A DNA stretch of 64,000 nucleotides from positions 3,776,001-3,840,000 of the forward strand of contig CM000153.2 in the NCBI GenBank assembly GCA_000004695.1. The letters are read 5' to 3'. Each line of letters starts with the position of its first letter. Within the stretch, counting starts at the first letter, position 1. The notes under the pieces were generated by a model. It was not told where the DNA came from, made no database searches, and saw only the letters and a list, made by a program, of their open reading frames with translations. Both the position numbers and the translations under genes were made by a program. The stretch comes from Dictyostelium discoideum. Its lineage: Eukaryota. Positions 18,487 to 32,444 of this stretch are shown here, in pieces.

Positions 18487-21177
18487 GCTGTGATTGTGTA
18501 TTTAATATATCTGGTATCTTTAAATCAAATGCTCTAAATTTACCAACATTACTTAAATGTTCATTCTCTAAACGGAAAACTAAATAAAAAAATAAATAAA
18601 AAAAGAATAAATGATTAGTATTTGTACTATTAAAATAAAAAATAAAAAAAAATAGTAAATTAATATACATACAATTCCATTGAAATCTTCTAGTTACTTC
18701 GATTACAGCAGTTGCCAAAACAATTAATTCTTTAGTTCTTGAAGAAAGTGCTTCAAATGAAACATTAATAGTCCAAGATCCCCTCATCAATGTATTTGTA
18801 ATCATTGCGAAATAATAAACCCATTTGTGTCTATAAAACAAATGATCACGAAGAAGGAAATTACGACTATGAGTTCTTAAAACACCCCAATCCATTAAAA
18901 AGTCCCACCCTAATGAATAAATTGTACTAACAATTGATATAATTATCCATAATGCTAATGTACCTTTCTTATGTGACGAGTCAGCTATAAAATTAAAAAA
19001 ATAAAAAACATGTTAATAACTTTTTATTATTATAATAATTATTACTACTACTACTATTATTATTAAACTTACTTAATAATTTTGAATTTGCGATTGAACT
19101 TGTAACAGTTGATAACATTGTTAATGAATATTTACCAAAATTCATCATATGAATATTTTGTTTTGTATCTTTAAAACGACGAAGTGATTGTAAGGCACGA
19201 AGTAAAGGTGGTACACAAACTAAACAAGGTTTAATATATGGATTAATTCTCCAGCAAATATCACCATCTGTCCAAAGATCTGAAACGAAAAAGCAAATGA
19301 CATACTCTAAATCACTTAATACAATTGATAATGAAGTAAACTGATCACCAAAAAAGAAATCTTTGAATTTCACAGGTAAAAATGGTGCACTGAAAATTCT
19401 TGCAAATGTATGAATTAACCAATATCTACTTGGTCTAAATATAATATTGAATGGACAAAACACAATAAATAATACTATAGCAATCAATAAAAATGGGAAA
19501 AGTATCGGTAATTTCCCATCAATATGTATTGCCAAGTATGTATATAAAAATAAACTAAGTGTCCATAAAAATGTTAAACCACTTGCTAACTATATATATA
19601 TATACATAATAAAAAAATAAAAAATAAAAAATAAAAAATGTTAATATGTGCGTGTGTTTTTTTTTGTTTTATATTAATTAAAATGAAATACTTACAAATA
19701 AAATATGATAATGCGTTATATTGGTTCTAGCATCCCAACCTAAGATTAAAAACAAATTAATATTTTTACCAGAGGTGACATAGAGTAGAATACCAAAATA
19801 CCAAAGTAATAGAATTGGTATACCAATCATACGATGGAGCATAAACATTGATAAAAAGTGTAATGGTGTTGGCGAATCAAAATAAATGATGGCGACGTTA
19901 TTAATCATATAACGTATACAAAATATAAAGAGAATTAGGCTCATACCAGATAGACCACCTGTTAAGAACACCACTTTCGGTGGTGCATTATATTCTTTGG
20001 GTACACGAAGTTTGGCCATTGCATTTCTTCTATTACCATGCTTGAAAGTGTTTGTATACAATGATTCGATTTCACGTTCGATAACAACCAACTTTTTAGA
20101 CTTGACAAAGTATTGCTGTTGAACTAACTTCATACCATCTACTGAACTATCAGATTGTAAAACTTTATCATACTTTTTAAATATCTTTCTAAATGCAATC
20201 ATATTCAATGAAGTGTATTCTTTTAATGCTTGAATCTCTCTATAGTTTTCCTCCATTGCTCTCTTTAATGATCTTCTAATTTTACCCAATTTTAAACTAC
20301 CCGGGTTCCAATATGTTTCTGCATTTGCTGCATGTGCAATAGCTTTTACTGCCATTGCTGATGGTGATGATGATGATGATGATGATGGTGACGATTGGGC
20401 GTATCGTTGTGAATTTGATGAGGCACCACCGACACCATCATCTTTTATAGCTGATGAAGTTAAATTTGAACTATTTCTTTTCTTTATAATTGAAGGATTA
20501 TAAAATAAATGAGAGAATTTACCTAACCTTGGTGAATCCTCACTAATTGCATCTTTTAAACTTTTTGAAGAACTATTTTTACAAATTTCACTCATTGCTA
20601 CTACCTTTTGTTTAATATCATTGAATTGATGTATAAATTCATCTTCTTGTTGTTTAAAAAATGTATTCACTTTATCAAATTCCTCCTGTAACATTGAATC
20701 AAATTTCTTTTCTTCTCTCTCTATATTATTCTCTCTAATTATTACTGGTCCTCTTTGAATAATTGAAGATTGACTTAATGGATTACTATTATTACTTTTT
20801 ATACTACCTCCACTTGAATTAATTATTGTTTTAGAATTTACATTTGTTGTAGTTGTTGATGATGATGATGATGATGTTGCTGCTGTTGTTGTTGTTGTTG
20901 TTGTGGGTTCAATGCTTTGTAATGGTATTTCTATTTGTGATTGTGATTGTGATGGCGATGATGACGATTGTGATGGTGGTGGTATTTTTGATATTGATTT
21001 ATTTATTGGTATTGCTGTTAATTCTATCTGTATCTGAGATTCATTTCCAATATATAATTCCTCTTCTGTTTTTGCTCTTTTAATTGATTTAATTTGTTTT
21101 TTAAATGATTTATAAAAAACATATTTCTTTTTCCACGCACTAACTTGCCTTCGTTGTAAATATTTTCCAAATTTCAT
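18131..21177 (-). CDS. xpr1: SPX-EXS domain protein, a XPR1/PHO1-type phosphate exporter homologue. Exons 21177..19696, 19588..19073, 18984..18673, 18579..18131.
   Basis: N-terminal MKFGKYLQRRQVSAWKKKYVFYKSFKK is a canonical SPX start. EXS-domain motifs are present ([33 protein letters not shown], matching human XPR1 [19 protein letters not shown] once the 18672..18580 intron is removed). Donors are GTAAGT or GTATGT. The C-terminal tail contains a 25-Gln tract from a (CAA)n run. Confidence 0.8.
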
Positions 21178-21596
21178 TTTATATTATTATTATTATTATT
21201 ACTCTACTATTATTTTTTTTACTATTATTGTATTATTATTATTTTAAAAACTATTATTATTACTGGTTTAATTTTACAAAATTATTGTACTTGTATAAAA
21301 ACATTAAAAAAAAAAAAAAAATAAAAAAAAAAATAAAAAAAATAAGAAATTTGAAATTTAATTCTTTAGAATGAATAAAGAGGGAGAGAGAAATATAAAA
21401 TGTTTTTATTTAAAAAAAATGGGTTTTTTTTTTTTTGTGTTTGTGCAGTATGTAGGAAATATTATTTGTGTAATTATAGGTATGTGTGTGTGTGTATGTA
21501 GATTGTTTTTATTTATTTATTTTTTATCTTTTTTAAAATTAATAGATAAAGAAAAAATTTCATACTAAACTGTACAATTTTTTTATTTTGGTGATA

Positions 21597-21628
<32 letters not shown>

Positions 21629-21952
21629 CTTTTTTGTTGATATGAATTATTCAATAATAATTTCTAAAGAAATCGACAGTGTGAATGTTGTTAATTAAAA
21701 AAAAAAAAAAACTGGTAATATAAAAAAAAAAAAAAAAACTGGTTATGTTGGGAGAAAAAAAAAAAATAATTGAAAATATTACGTGATTAATTATTATTGA
21801 TTGGTGTGAATGTTTGTGTGCAATATTGCATGGGTGCGATAATTTTTAATTGAACTTTCAGACATTTACTGAATATGAGTTTTAGACCAATATTGTGAGG
21901 GTATTTTTTATGAAATTTAATTTTTTTTTTTTTTTATTTTTGAAATCAAAAA

Positions 21953-21989
<37 letters not shown>

Positions 21990-22483
21990 ATTTAAAATAA
22001 AAAAAAAAAAAAAAATAATAATAAAAATAAAAAAAGGGATAAATACTATCTAAACAAATAATTAAAAATAAAAAAAAAATAAAAAAAAAACAAAAATAAA
22101 AAAAATAAAAATCATAAAAACGTGCATTTTTGACATTGATTTTTTTTTTTTTTTTTAAAGGTTATAATAATCGTACTTTACATTGAATTGCACAATGCAA
22201 CCAGTTTATTTTTAATTTTTTTATTTTTATTTATTTTTTTTTTTTTTTTCAATTTTCTGGTATTTTTTTATTTTTTTTCTGTTTTTTTTTTTTTTTGGAC
22301 ACCCTCCGCATTAAGTAAATTTTAGATATATTAAACAAAATCAATAATTTTTGGATCCACCGGTTATTTAAAATAAAAAAACAAAATAAAAAAAACAATA
22401 GAAATTAAAAAAATAATAAAGGAATATATTTATTCCATTATGAGAAAAAAAAAAAAAAAAAAAACCTTTTTTGGGATGTTTAG

Positions 22484-22517
<34 letters not shown>

Positions 22518-22876
22518 AAAATTTAATTACTGATTAACTGTAAAATAGAAATAATGAAATAAAATTAAATAAAATAAAATAGAATAAACGAAATTGCGAA
22601 TGTGAATCTTTTTTTTTTATTTTTTTTTTTATTTTATTTTTTTTTTTTTAAAAAGGTTTTTTTTTTAATTTTTTTTTTTTCTTGTTTTTTAAAATTAATT
22701 TTTTTTTTAATTTTATATTTTTTTTTTTTTTTTTTTTTTTTAAAACCACTTGTTAAATATTTCACTAAAAATCTATTTATATTAATATATGTAATAATAA
22801 TAATAATAACAATACTAATAATACTAATAATAATAAAAATAAAAATAATAATAAAAATTAATAATATTAATAAAGA

Positions 22877-22885
22877 ATGAGTAAC

Positions 22886-22948
<63 letters not shown>

Positions 22949-24185
22949 CCTAATAATAATAATAATATTAATATAAATGTAGATCATAGTTATGATGATG
23001 TTGATTTTAATAATAAAGATCCATTATTTTTTTCAAGTGGTAATGAATATATGTATAGAGCAGATGAAGATGATTTAGAATATGATGATGATGAGGATAC
23101 AAATGATGGTGGTGGTGGTGGTGGTGGTGGTAGTGGTAATGGTGGTAAAAAGAAAAAGAAAAAAAAGGAATTTTTAATTGATGGATTTGATGAGAATTCT
23201 GAATCATTAGTTAGATCAAAAGATAGTGATACAATTGGTTATAGAATAAGGAATAGATTAGAATATTTAGAGAAAGGAACAAAGATAATCATATTTGTTG
23301 GTCTAATTACATTGACGGTTGTATTATGTTCAATTGGGTTATATTTCTATGCAAAAGATCATAAATCACCATTAGTAAATTACATTCATCCAACACCAGT
23401 TATCGTTATATCATTGGATGGATTTAGATGGGATTACTTAAATCGTGGCTTAACACCAAATATAAAGAAACTCATTGAGGATGGGTCATATCATGCCAAC
23501 TACACGATACCACAATTCCCAAGTAAAACATTCCCCAACCATTATTCAATTGCAACTGGTCTTTATCCAGAGAATCATGGTATCATCTCCAATCATATGT
23601 ACGACCCAATATTGAATAAAACATTTGATATCAATAAAGCATCTGTAACCGATTCAGAATGGTATTGGGGTGAGCCAATTTGGGTGACATCTGAAATACA
23701 TGGTATTAAGAGTGCTTGTTACTTTTGGCCTGGCTGTGGTGTCATGATAAAAGACCGTTTCCCAACCTATAATAAATTACCTTTTACAATGGATATTAGT
23801 GCTAAAACCGTTTTCGATACTGTTTTCAAATGGGCTCAATTAGATGCATCTGAAAAACCCTATTTATCAATGGCATACGTTCATGAAGTCGATGACGCTG
23901 GTCATATCTATGGTCCAGATTCTCAACAAGTTAATGATGCAATTGCATATTTAGACACTCAAATAGGTTCATTAATCGATCAATTAAAATCTACAAATCA
24001 ATATAATTCAACAAATTTAATCATTCTCTCTGATCATGGTATGGCAAGTGTTCCAAAGAATCAATCAATTTATTTAGATGATTTAACAAATGATCCATCA
24101 TTTTCAACAAAATGTTATATTCGTGATATGTCTCCAATTTTATCAATTTTTCCAATTGTTGGTGGTTTGTAAGTTTATAAAATTA

Positions 24186-24220
<35 letters not shown>

Positions 24221-24675
24221 CTCTTCTCTTTTTACTAATTTATTTAAATTTTTAAAATTTATAAAGGAGTATTGATGAAATTTATAAATCATTAACAGCA
24301 AATAGTGATATAAATATTAAAATTTATAAAAAAGAAGATTTACCAAAAGAATTATTTTTTAGTTTAAATGAAAATAAAAGAATTGCACCAATTATTGGTA
24401 TTGTTAATTTAGGTTATACACTTGTTCAAAGTAAAAGTACACCAACTACTTCATGGGAATTAGGTAATCATGGTTTTAATCCAAGTTTTGAACAAATGAA
24501 ATCAATTTTCATTGGTCATGGTCCAAATATTAAATCATTACCAATCGATGATCAAAATTTACCACCATTTAAAAATATTGAAATTTATAATTTCATTTCA
24601 ACTTTATTAAATATAAAATCACCTTCTCCAAATAATGGCACAACTTTATTAACTGATAAACTTTATTTAAAATAA
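22877..24675 (+). CDS. Ectonucleotide pyrophosphatase/phosphodiesterase (ENPP) family type II membrane protein. Exons 22877..24168 and 24267..24675.
   Basis: VIVISLDGFRWDYL...FPSKTFPNHYSIATGLYPENHGIISNHMYDP and the second-exon motif GNHGFNP...IFIGHGPNIK are the type I phosphodiesterase/nucleotide pyrophosphatase signatures. N-terminal poly-Asn, Gly-run and a TM helix (IIIFVGLITLTVVLCSIGLYFYA). GTAAGT donor at 24169, acceptor AG at 24265-24266, phase 2. Confidence 0.75.
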
Positions 24676-24785
24676 AAATAAAATAAAATAAATAGTTTTA
24701 TTTTAAGAGGTTGATTTATTTATTTATTTTTTAAAAAATACAATTTTATTTTAATTTTATATTTATTTATCGATAATTATATATA

Positions 24786-24817
<32 letters not shown>

Positions 24818-24825
24818 TAAATTAT

Positions 24826-26331
24826 TTATTTATATTTATTCATAAATGATTGATGGAAATCAGCGATTCTCTTACAAACACCTTCAATTGCTTCTTCAGA
24901 AGGTAAGAAGGTAGTTCTAAAATGCCAAGTACCATCTTTTTGACCGAAACCACTACCTGGTACAACACAGATACCAGTGGCTTCGAGTAATTGAATACAA
25001 TAGTAAGCATCTGGTGCTTTACCAATTGAATTTGCATATTCTACAGCTTTAGCTGGAAGACGAATTTGTGGGAAAGCATACATTGCACCTTCTGATGGAT
25101 TACAAGTTACACCTTCAAGATTATTTAAAGCATTTGTTAAGAGATTTGCACGTTTTTTTAAAGATTCATAGATATTATCTCTTTCTTTAAGGTAGAGATC
25201 ATGTGATTGTTCACCAGCAACTGGTGGACGAACCATTAAATCAACAACCAATTGACCAATAACATTTGGACATAAACCAATTGATGCGAGTTTATAAATT
25301 TCAGCTTTAACATCTTGAGTGACACCATTTAATTCCATATAACCACCACGTTTACCACATTCACCAACGAAACCTTTACTAACTGAATGGAATGAAACCA
25401 TCTCTAAATCTGCATAATCACCACCCATATCTTTGACAACCTTTTTGAATGAGATGAATGGTTTACTCTCTTTGACATAAACATTCTCTTGATAGACTTC
25501 ATCAGCCAATAATACTACATTCTTTTCTAAACAAAACTTGACAATCTCTTCCATATTTGCTCTATCTAAACATTGACCAGTTGGATTACCTGGATTGATG
25601 ATAACGAGTGCACGTGGATTAATACCCTTTGAAACTGCATCATTGTAGGAATGCTCCAATTGGGAGATCTCGAGTGACCAACCTTTCTCTTCATTTAATA
25701 GGTACCCTAATTGACTGCCATTATATAATTCAATGGTGGCACTGTAGAGTGGATATTGTGGAATTGGAATTAAGATACCGTCTGAACGATCTTTAATTAA
25801 AAGTTTCAAAATACGTTGTACACCAACTGATGCACCATCTGTAAGGAAAATTTCGGATGGATCAGATTTATGTCCATCACGTCTCTCTATGAAATCTGCA
25901 ACTGATCTTAAAACTAAACCAATACCTTGACTATTGGAATAGGCACCTGTTGTATTATTAATTGATCCTAATATCTCTTTAGCACGTGAGATAACATCGG
26001 CTGGATATATCTTTTCAACGTATGGATTATCTAATAAATCTGGACATTCAACTAATGATACAACTTGACGGAAATAAGTTAATGGTTTTTGTTTCAATTG
26101 TTGTGGATTACCAATATTACAATAGACAATCTCTTCAAATGGTAATGTTTTTGTGCCTTCTGTTTTTTGTTTTTGTAATTGATGTGAAATTGCTTCTGCA
26201 CGAATAACTAATTCACCACGTACTGCATATTGTGCATTTCTTACATTTTGGCAAATATTATCAATTGTCATAGATTTTTCTATTTAAAAAGAATAAAAAT
26301 AAAAAAAAAAAAAAAAAAAAAATTAGTGACC

Positions 26332-26364
<33 letters not shown>

Positions 26365-26564
26365 TCGTAAAAAAAAAAAAGTTATCAAAAACTAGATAAT
26401 TTTTTTTACTTACTATGTGTCATTTTTTCAAAATTAGTTATATTATTATTATTAATTATTGTTGTTGTAGTAGTATTTGAAAGTGGTTGAATAATTGTTG
26501 AAGAGGGCTTTACTCTGTTGATGGGTGGATTTGATAATAAAACTTTTAAACTTCTTTTGAACAT
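24826..26564 (-). CDS. Alanine aminotransferase, mitochondrial form. Exons 26564..26414 (presequence MFKRSLKVLLSNPPINRVK...) and 26279..24826.
   Basis: Class I aminotransferase family. SFHSVSKGFVGECGKRGGYMEL matches the ALT/GPT PLP-lysine region, with overall ALT collinearity. The 5' exon is joined by a GTAAGT donor at 26413 and a TAAATAG acceptor at 26281-26280, phase 1. Confidence 0.8.
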
Positions 26565-27078
26565 TTATTCTGAAAAAAAAAAATTTTTTTTAAATTAAAA
26601 AAAAAAATTAATTTTAATATATTAAAAATTTAATAAAATAAAATAAAATTAAATTAAATAAAATTTAAAATAATCGATAAACAGATTATTATTATAATGA
26701 TGCGTAAATTTCAAAAAAAAAACAAAATGAAAAAACACAGTGTGCAAGATTACAAAAAAAAAAAAAGAAAAAAAATTGAAAAAAAAAAAAAATCGATAAT
26801 TATCATAATACCCATTGCAAAACTTTTTACTGGGTGGTAACATAACAAGTAATATGTCATTATCGCATTTTTAAATGATTTTCTATTATTATTATTATAA
26901 TGGTAAGTTTTATTTATTATTTTTATTTTTATTTTTTTTTTTTATTTTTATTTTTTTATCTTTTTTTTTTTTATTATTATAATAAATATATTTTTTGTAT
27001 TTTTTTATTTATATCTTTTGGATAATTAACAAGATATTAATACAATTACATTATTATAATAATAAATGTATAATTTTA

Positions 27079-27112
<34 letters not shown>

Positions 27113-27717
27113 GTATTATAAATTTTTTTTTTTTTTTTTTTTTTTTTTTGATATTTAATAATTGATATCGATTACTTTTTTTTTTTTTTTTTTTTTAATT
27201 AACCTTAAAAAAAAAATAAAAAAAAAAAAAAAAGAATGAATGAAAGAAAGAAATAAATAAAATAAAAAAAAAAAAAAAAAAAAGAAATGAAGATATTATT
27301 AAAACTTTACATTATTTTATAATTAAAAGAAATTATATTAAATTATTATTTTTTTTTTTTTTTATGATATCAAATTTTTTTTTTTTTTTTTTTTTTATAC
27401 ACAAAAATTTTATAAAAAAAAAAAAAAAAGAAAATTAAAAAAATTAAATTTAAAAAAATTGAAATTTAAATTCCCCATATCAGGGGTAACTGTTGCATGT
27501 AAAAACAAACTTATCAAAAAAAAAAAATAAAAAAATCAGGGGATGAATTTTTGACAATAGGTTGTGCCATGTGGAATTTTCGATTATACCATTTACCAGT
27601 ATATTTTGTTTTTAAATTAAAAAAATAATAAAAAAAAAAAATAAATAAATAAAAAAAAAAAAAACTAACAAAACAGGGAAATCAATTTCAAAATTTATGA
27701 TAATATTGTTTCGCTGT

Positions 27718-27753
<36 letters not shown>

Positions 27754-29085
27754 TAAAAAAAAAAATAAAAAGAAATTTGTTAATAAAAAGATATCAATTA
27801 CCTTTTTTTATTAATTACTTGTATATAGTGTATGTTCTATATACAAAAGAAATTTCTTTTCTTAATTTTTTTTTTTCTATGGTTTTTTTTTTTTTTTTTT
27901 TTTGATTTTTTTTCTTGTAAACCTTGAATTAATGCCAAACAAAAAACTTTTTTTATCAACAATTAAAAGAAGAGAAAAAAAAAAAAACTGTTTAAAAAGG
28001 GTGATGTATATTTATAATAAAGCTTAAAAAAAAAAAAAAATAAAAATAAAAAAAAAAAAAAAAATTAAAAATAAAACAAATTTTTTTATTTTAAAACAAA
28101 TCCCTAAAAGGGAAAAATTTAAAAAAATATATTTTTTTTTTTTAAAAAATTAATATTTTAGATCCCAGTGATATCCAAATATATATAACCTATAGCATAT
28201 ATATATAAATTTTTACAATTCATAATTTCATATTTTTTATTGTTTTTTTTTTATTTTTTTTTAACCATTTTATGATTTTAAAAAAAAATAATAAAAAAAA
28301 AAAAAAATAAAATAAAATAAAATAAAATAAAATTTTAAAAAGGAATAAATGTAAAATAATGAACATATGGTCTTTATAATAGTAATGGGTTAAATTATTT
28401 TTTTTTTTTTTTTCTTTTTCATTATAATTTTAATAAGTTCCTATTCGTCTTTTTATTTTAATATTAACCATATTAAACAATACCTTGTACTAATAAATTG
28501 GTTCAAGTTCACAAGCAGGTGAAAAAAAAAAAAAAAAACACCAAAATGTTAACATTGATATCAAGGAGAAAATTTGGTATTTCCTGGTAGGAGATTAGGG
28601 TGTTGGACGATATTAAAATTATAATTATAGGTTAGTTTGATTTATTCCATAGAAAAAAAAAAAGTTATTTTTTAATTTATTGCCGGGTTATGAAAATTAG
28701 CCAATAAACATTACTGAAATAGTAAAAAATATTTACCACACCATTTTTTTTTTTTTTTTTTTTGAATAATTACACTTTTACCCCTCAATTAAAATACAGA
28801 TTTGGTTTTTATCAAATGAAATAAAAAACAAATAAATTTGTATTTTTAGATTTTATTTTTAGATTTTATTAACAATTTTTTAATTTATCTCGATATTATT
28901 TTACTGTGGATAAAAACTTTTTTATGTCAATAATTTTATTTTATTGTTTTAAAAAAAGAAATGATTAAATAAATTAGTAATACATTATTAAAAATTATTA
29001 AAAAATGAATATATATTTTTATATTTGGTTATAAATTCTTTTATTATTTTTTTGTTTAAAAGAGATATTAATTTATTTATTTGTC

Positions 29086-29093
29086 TCCCACAA
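29086..29093 (+). promoter_or_regulatory. Exact Dictyostelium upstream sequence element (DUSE) match TCCCACAA. It is the only exact match I found in the intergenic DNA of this window, and it lies about 60 nt upstream of a GC-richer island (29150-29320).
   Basis: The DUSE consensus [AT]CCCA[CT]AA is known from Dictyostelium ncRNA promoters (snRNAs, class I RNAs), typically about 60 nt before the transcription start. The context is GTCTCCCACAAAAAG. Confidence 0.3.
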
Positions 29094-29569
29094 AAAGTAA
29101 AATTTAACAACATTAAAAAGTTGAAAAACGAATCGATATTTGGGAAACCCAAAAAAGACTCCATACTTTGAGATGGGAAATTTATTCTTGAGCGGCAATG
29201 ACACAATCAAAAACGATAACCTCTCAAAAATAAGTGGTGAAGTTATATTTGACACAGAACCTGTGGTACATCACTTCCCGTTTATGGCTTTAAGACCACT
29301 CGTCAAAAAAAAATTAATATGATCACAATAATTATTTAAATATAAAACTATTTAAAATAAAAATTATGGGAAAAAAAAAAAAAAAAAAAAATTATTTTCA
29401 ATTTTATTTTAAAATTTTTTTTTTTGGTTTTTAGGTTTAAATTAAGACTGGTCAAAAAAAAAAAAAAAAAAAAAGTTTTCAATTTTTTTTTTTTTTTATT
29501 TTATATTTTTTTTTTTTCAAAATTAATTAAATAATCTTTTTTTTATTCATATATATATTTTTTATAATA

Positions 29570-29600
<31 letters not shown>

Positions 29601-29603
29601 AGA

Positions 29604-32315
29604 ATGTCAGCATTACCATCAATTGATGGAAGTGTTACGGAATGGACAAATGATATGTTTTCACCAGAGTTACAAGCAGCAATTAGAGATATTGTACCAG
29701 TGACAGATAGAGATTTCGATAAACATGATTTTAATCCAGTAGCATATATTAATGATAATTTCTCAAATGAACAATCATTAACAAGATTAGATAATTTTAT
29801 GAATAGATTAAAATTAAAAATTATAAAAATCGATGAAGAGATCATTCAAGAAGTTAGATTACAAAGTATTAGTGGTGGTAAAGGTAAAGAAGATTTAGAG
29901 AATGCTAAAAGATCAATTAATGAATTGTTAACTAAAATCACTGATATTAAATCAAAAGCAAATCAATCTGAACAAATGGTAACTGAAATTTGTAAAGATA
30001 TTAAATCTTTAGATTATGCTAAAAAAAATTTAACAACTGCAATTACAACTTTAAAAAGATTACATATGATGGGTAAGTTACTAGTAATGGTACTACTACT
30101 AGTAGTAGTATTAGTATTAGTGGTAGAGATATACATATAACTAATCTTTTTAATTATTATTTATTTATTTATTTTTTTTTTTTTTTATTAAAAGTTATGG
30201 GTGTTGAACAATTAAAAGAGATGGTTGATAAAAAACAATATGGTACAGTTGCAAAATTATTAGAAGCAACAGCACAATTTGCAGAAGGATTTAAAGATTA
30301 TAGAGAATCACCAAAAATTTATGCATTAAATAAAGAATTGGATAATATTAGATCAAGAGTTAAAGATCAAATTTATGAGGATTTCAATCAGTATGTACCA
30401 TATACGAGTAATCAAATTAAACCAAATGAAGAGAATAGATGGAAAAGTTCATGTTATGTTATCGATGCATTAGGTAGTGAAGTTAAAAAGGATTTTTTAA
30501 GATGGTTTTGTGGTTCACAATTATCGAGTTATAAGAAAGCATTTGGTAGTCAATCAGAGAGTTATACATTGGATAGTACAGATAGAAGATTTGGTTGGTG
30601 GTCAAGACAAATTAAAATATTTCGTGAAGAGTACGCTTTAGTATTCCCACCAGAATGGTGTATGGAAGAACAAATCAGTTATGAGTTTTGTATTCTCACT
30701 CGTTTAGATCTATCAGAGGTTTTATTAATTAATAAAAATTCAATTGAAGTACCACAATTAATTAAAGCATTAAAGAAAACTTTAACTTTTGAAAATAAAC
30801 TTTATGAATTATTTGCTCAAAATAATCAAAAATTATCATCACCAACTGTAAGTTTTATTTTATTTTTATTTTATTTAATAAATTAAAAAAGGTATACTAA
30901 TGTGTATTATATTTTAAAAGATGTCATCAACACCAAGTAATGAAAGTGAAAATAATTCAGATGATTCAGATCAAGATGATTCAGATGATGATAATGGTGA
31001 AAATCAAGTTGATGGTGAAAATAATAGTAATAATAATAATAAAGGTAATAGTGAGGATGCAATTAGAAGGAGATGGGAAGCTAGAGTTGAAAAGGATAGA
31101 AAAAGAGAAGAAGAGAAATTACAACAACAACAATTACAACAACAGCAACAACAAGGTAAAGACGTTAATAAACAACAACAACAACAACAACAACCAATTG
31201 AAATACCAAAATCCTATGAAAGATTTAAAGGAATTATATCATCATCCTTTGATCCATATATGGATTTGTATATAAATGAAGAGGATAAATTAATTGGTGA
31301 AGTATTGGAGAAAGTTATGGCAGAAGAGAAATGGACATTATCAGATGAGGAAGCCAATAAGATCTTAACAAGTTGTACAGATTTAGTATTCCATTTCATA
31401 AAGGTTAGAAATCGTTGTGCTGAACTCACAAAGGGTGAGCCATTCTTTAACCTTTATCATCTATTTAGAAAGTATTTAACCCAATATGCCAATATAATCT
31501 CTGGCAAAATTCATACAGACGTTGGTAGAGCACATGATGTTCAAGAGGATAAAACTATTTGTCTCATTATTAATACCGCCGAATTTTGTAGAAAAACATC
31601 TGGTCAAATGACTGATGGTTTCAAGAAGATTATCGATGAAAAGTATAAAGAGTCAATCGATTTAAAAGATATTCAAAACGACTTCTCAAGTATCATTGCA
31701 AAGGGTGTTAAAGCATTGGTAAGTGGTATCGAAGCTAAACTCGACCCACATCTCCAATCGATGACTCGTATGGAATGGGGCGAACGTTATCAATACGTTG
31801 GTGATAATTCACCATATGTCAATGAAGTAGTTCAAATTATTTCAGATTCATCTCAATTAGAAGTGGCTTGGTTGTCACCTGAACATTTTAGATACTTTTG
31901 CGATTTGTTTGCTTCTTCATTTGGTTTACGTATTCCTCAATCAATCTATAAATGTCGTGGTATCTCTGAAATTGGTTCACAAGGTATCCTATTGGATATT
32001 ACTACCATTAAAACTGTACTATTAGATTTACCAAATAAAGTTAAAGATGGCCGTAGCAATAGTCGTTACACAAAATTATTGAATAAAGAATTTGCAAAGG
32101 CTGAAAATCTACTCAAAGTTATTGGTTGCTCTCAAGATCATCTCGTTGAAACATTTAAAGATTTATTCCCAGATTCTACAAATGCAGATTTCCAAAAAAT
32201 TATGGATCTTAAAGGTTTTAAAGTTGGTGATAAAATTCAAACTGAATTATTTGAAAAATTATCAAAAGTTTCAACAAATATTGGTGCTTCAATTAAAACT
32301 AAATTTTTTAATTAA
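29604..32315 (+). CDS. vps53: Vacuolar protein sorting-associated protein 53 (GARP complex subunit). Exons 29604..30072, 30195..30847, 30921..32315.
   Basis: Collinear with Vps53 N-terminus and core: FSPELQAAIRDIVP...DFNPVAYINDNF...SEQMVTEICKDIKSLDYAKKNLTTAITTLKRLHMM|VMGVEQLKEM...FPPEWCMEEQISYEFCILTRLDL (compare human [21 protein letters not shown] and [20 protein letters not shown]). GTAAGT donors at 30073 and 30848. The third exon begins with an acidic, Gln-rich insert. Confidence 0.85.
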
Positions 32316-32352
32316 ATAATAAAAAAAATAAAAAAAACTATATTTTAATAAT

Positions 32353-32396
<44 letters not shown>

Positions 32397-32444
32397 GTAA
32401 TAATTAATTTTTAATTTTTAATTTATTTATTTTTTTTAAATTAT

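Noticed and set aside
22602-22987. ORFs in the poly-T/poly-A leader region upstream of the ENPP gene (22602..22880 plus, 22634..22987 minus).
   Set aside because: They are homopolymer translations (poly-Phe, poly-Lys, poly-Ile) of promoter DNA.
29140-29322. A 60-codon ORF (MGNPKKTPYFEMGNLFLSGND...) in the GC-richer island.
   Set aside because: It is short, has no homology, and the internal Met is not followed by an N-myristoylation consensus. I treat it as a candidate ncRNA (see findings) rather than a protein gene.
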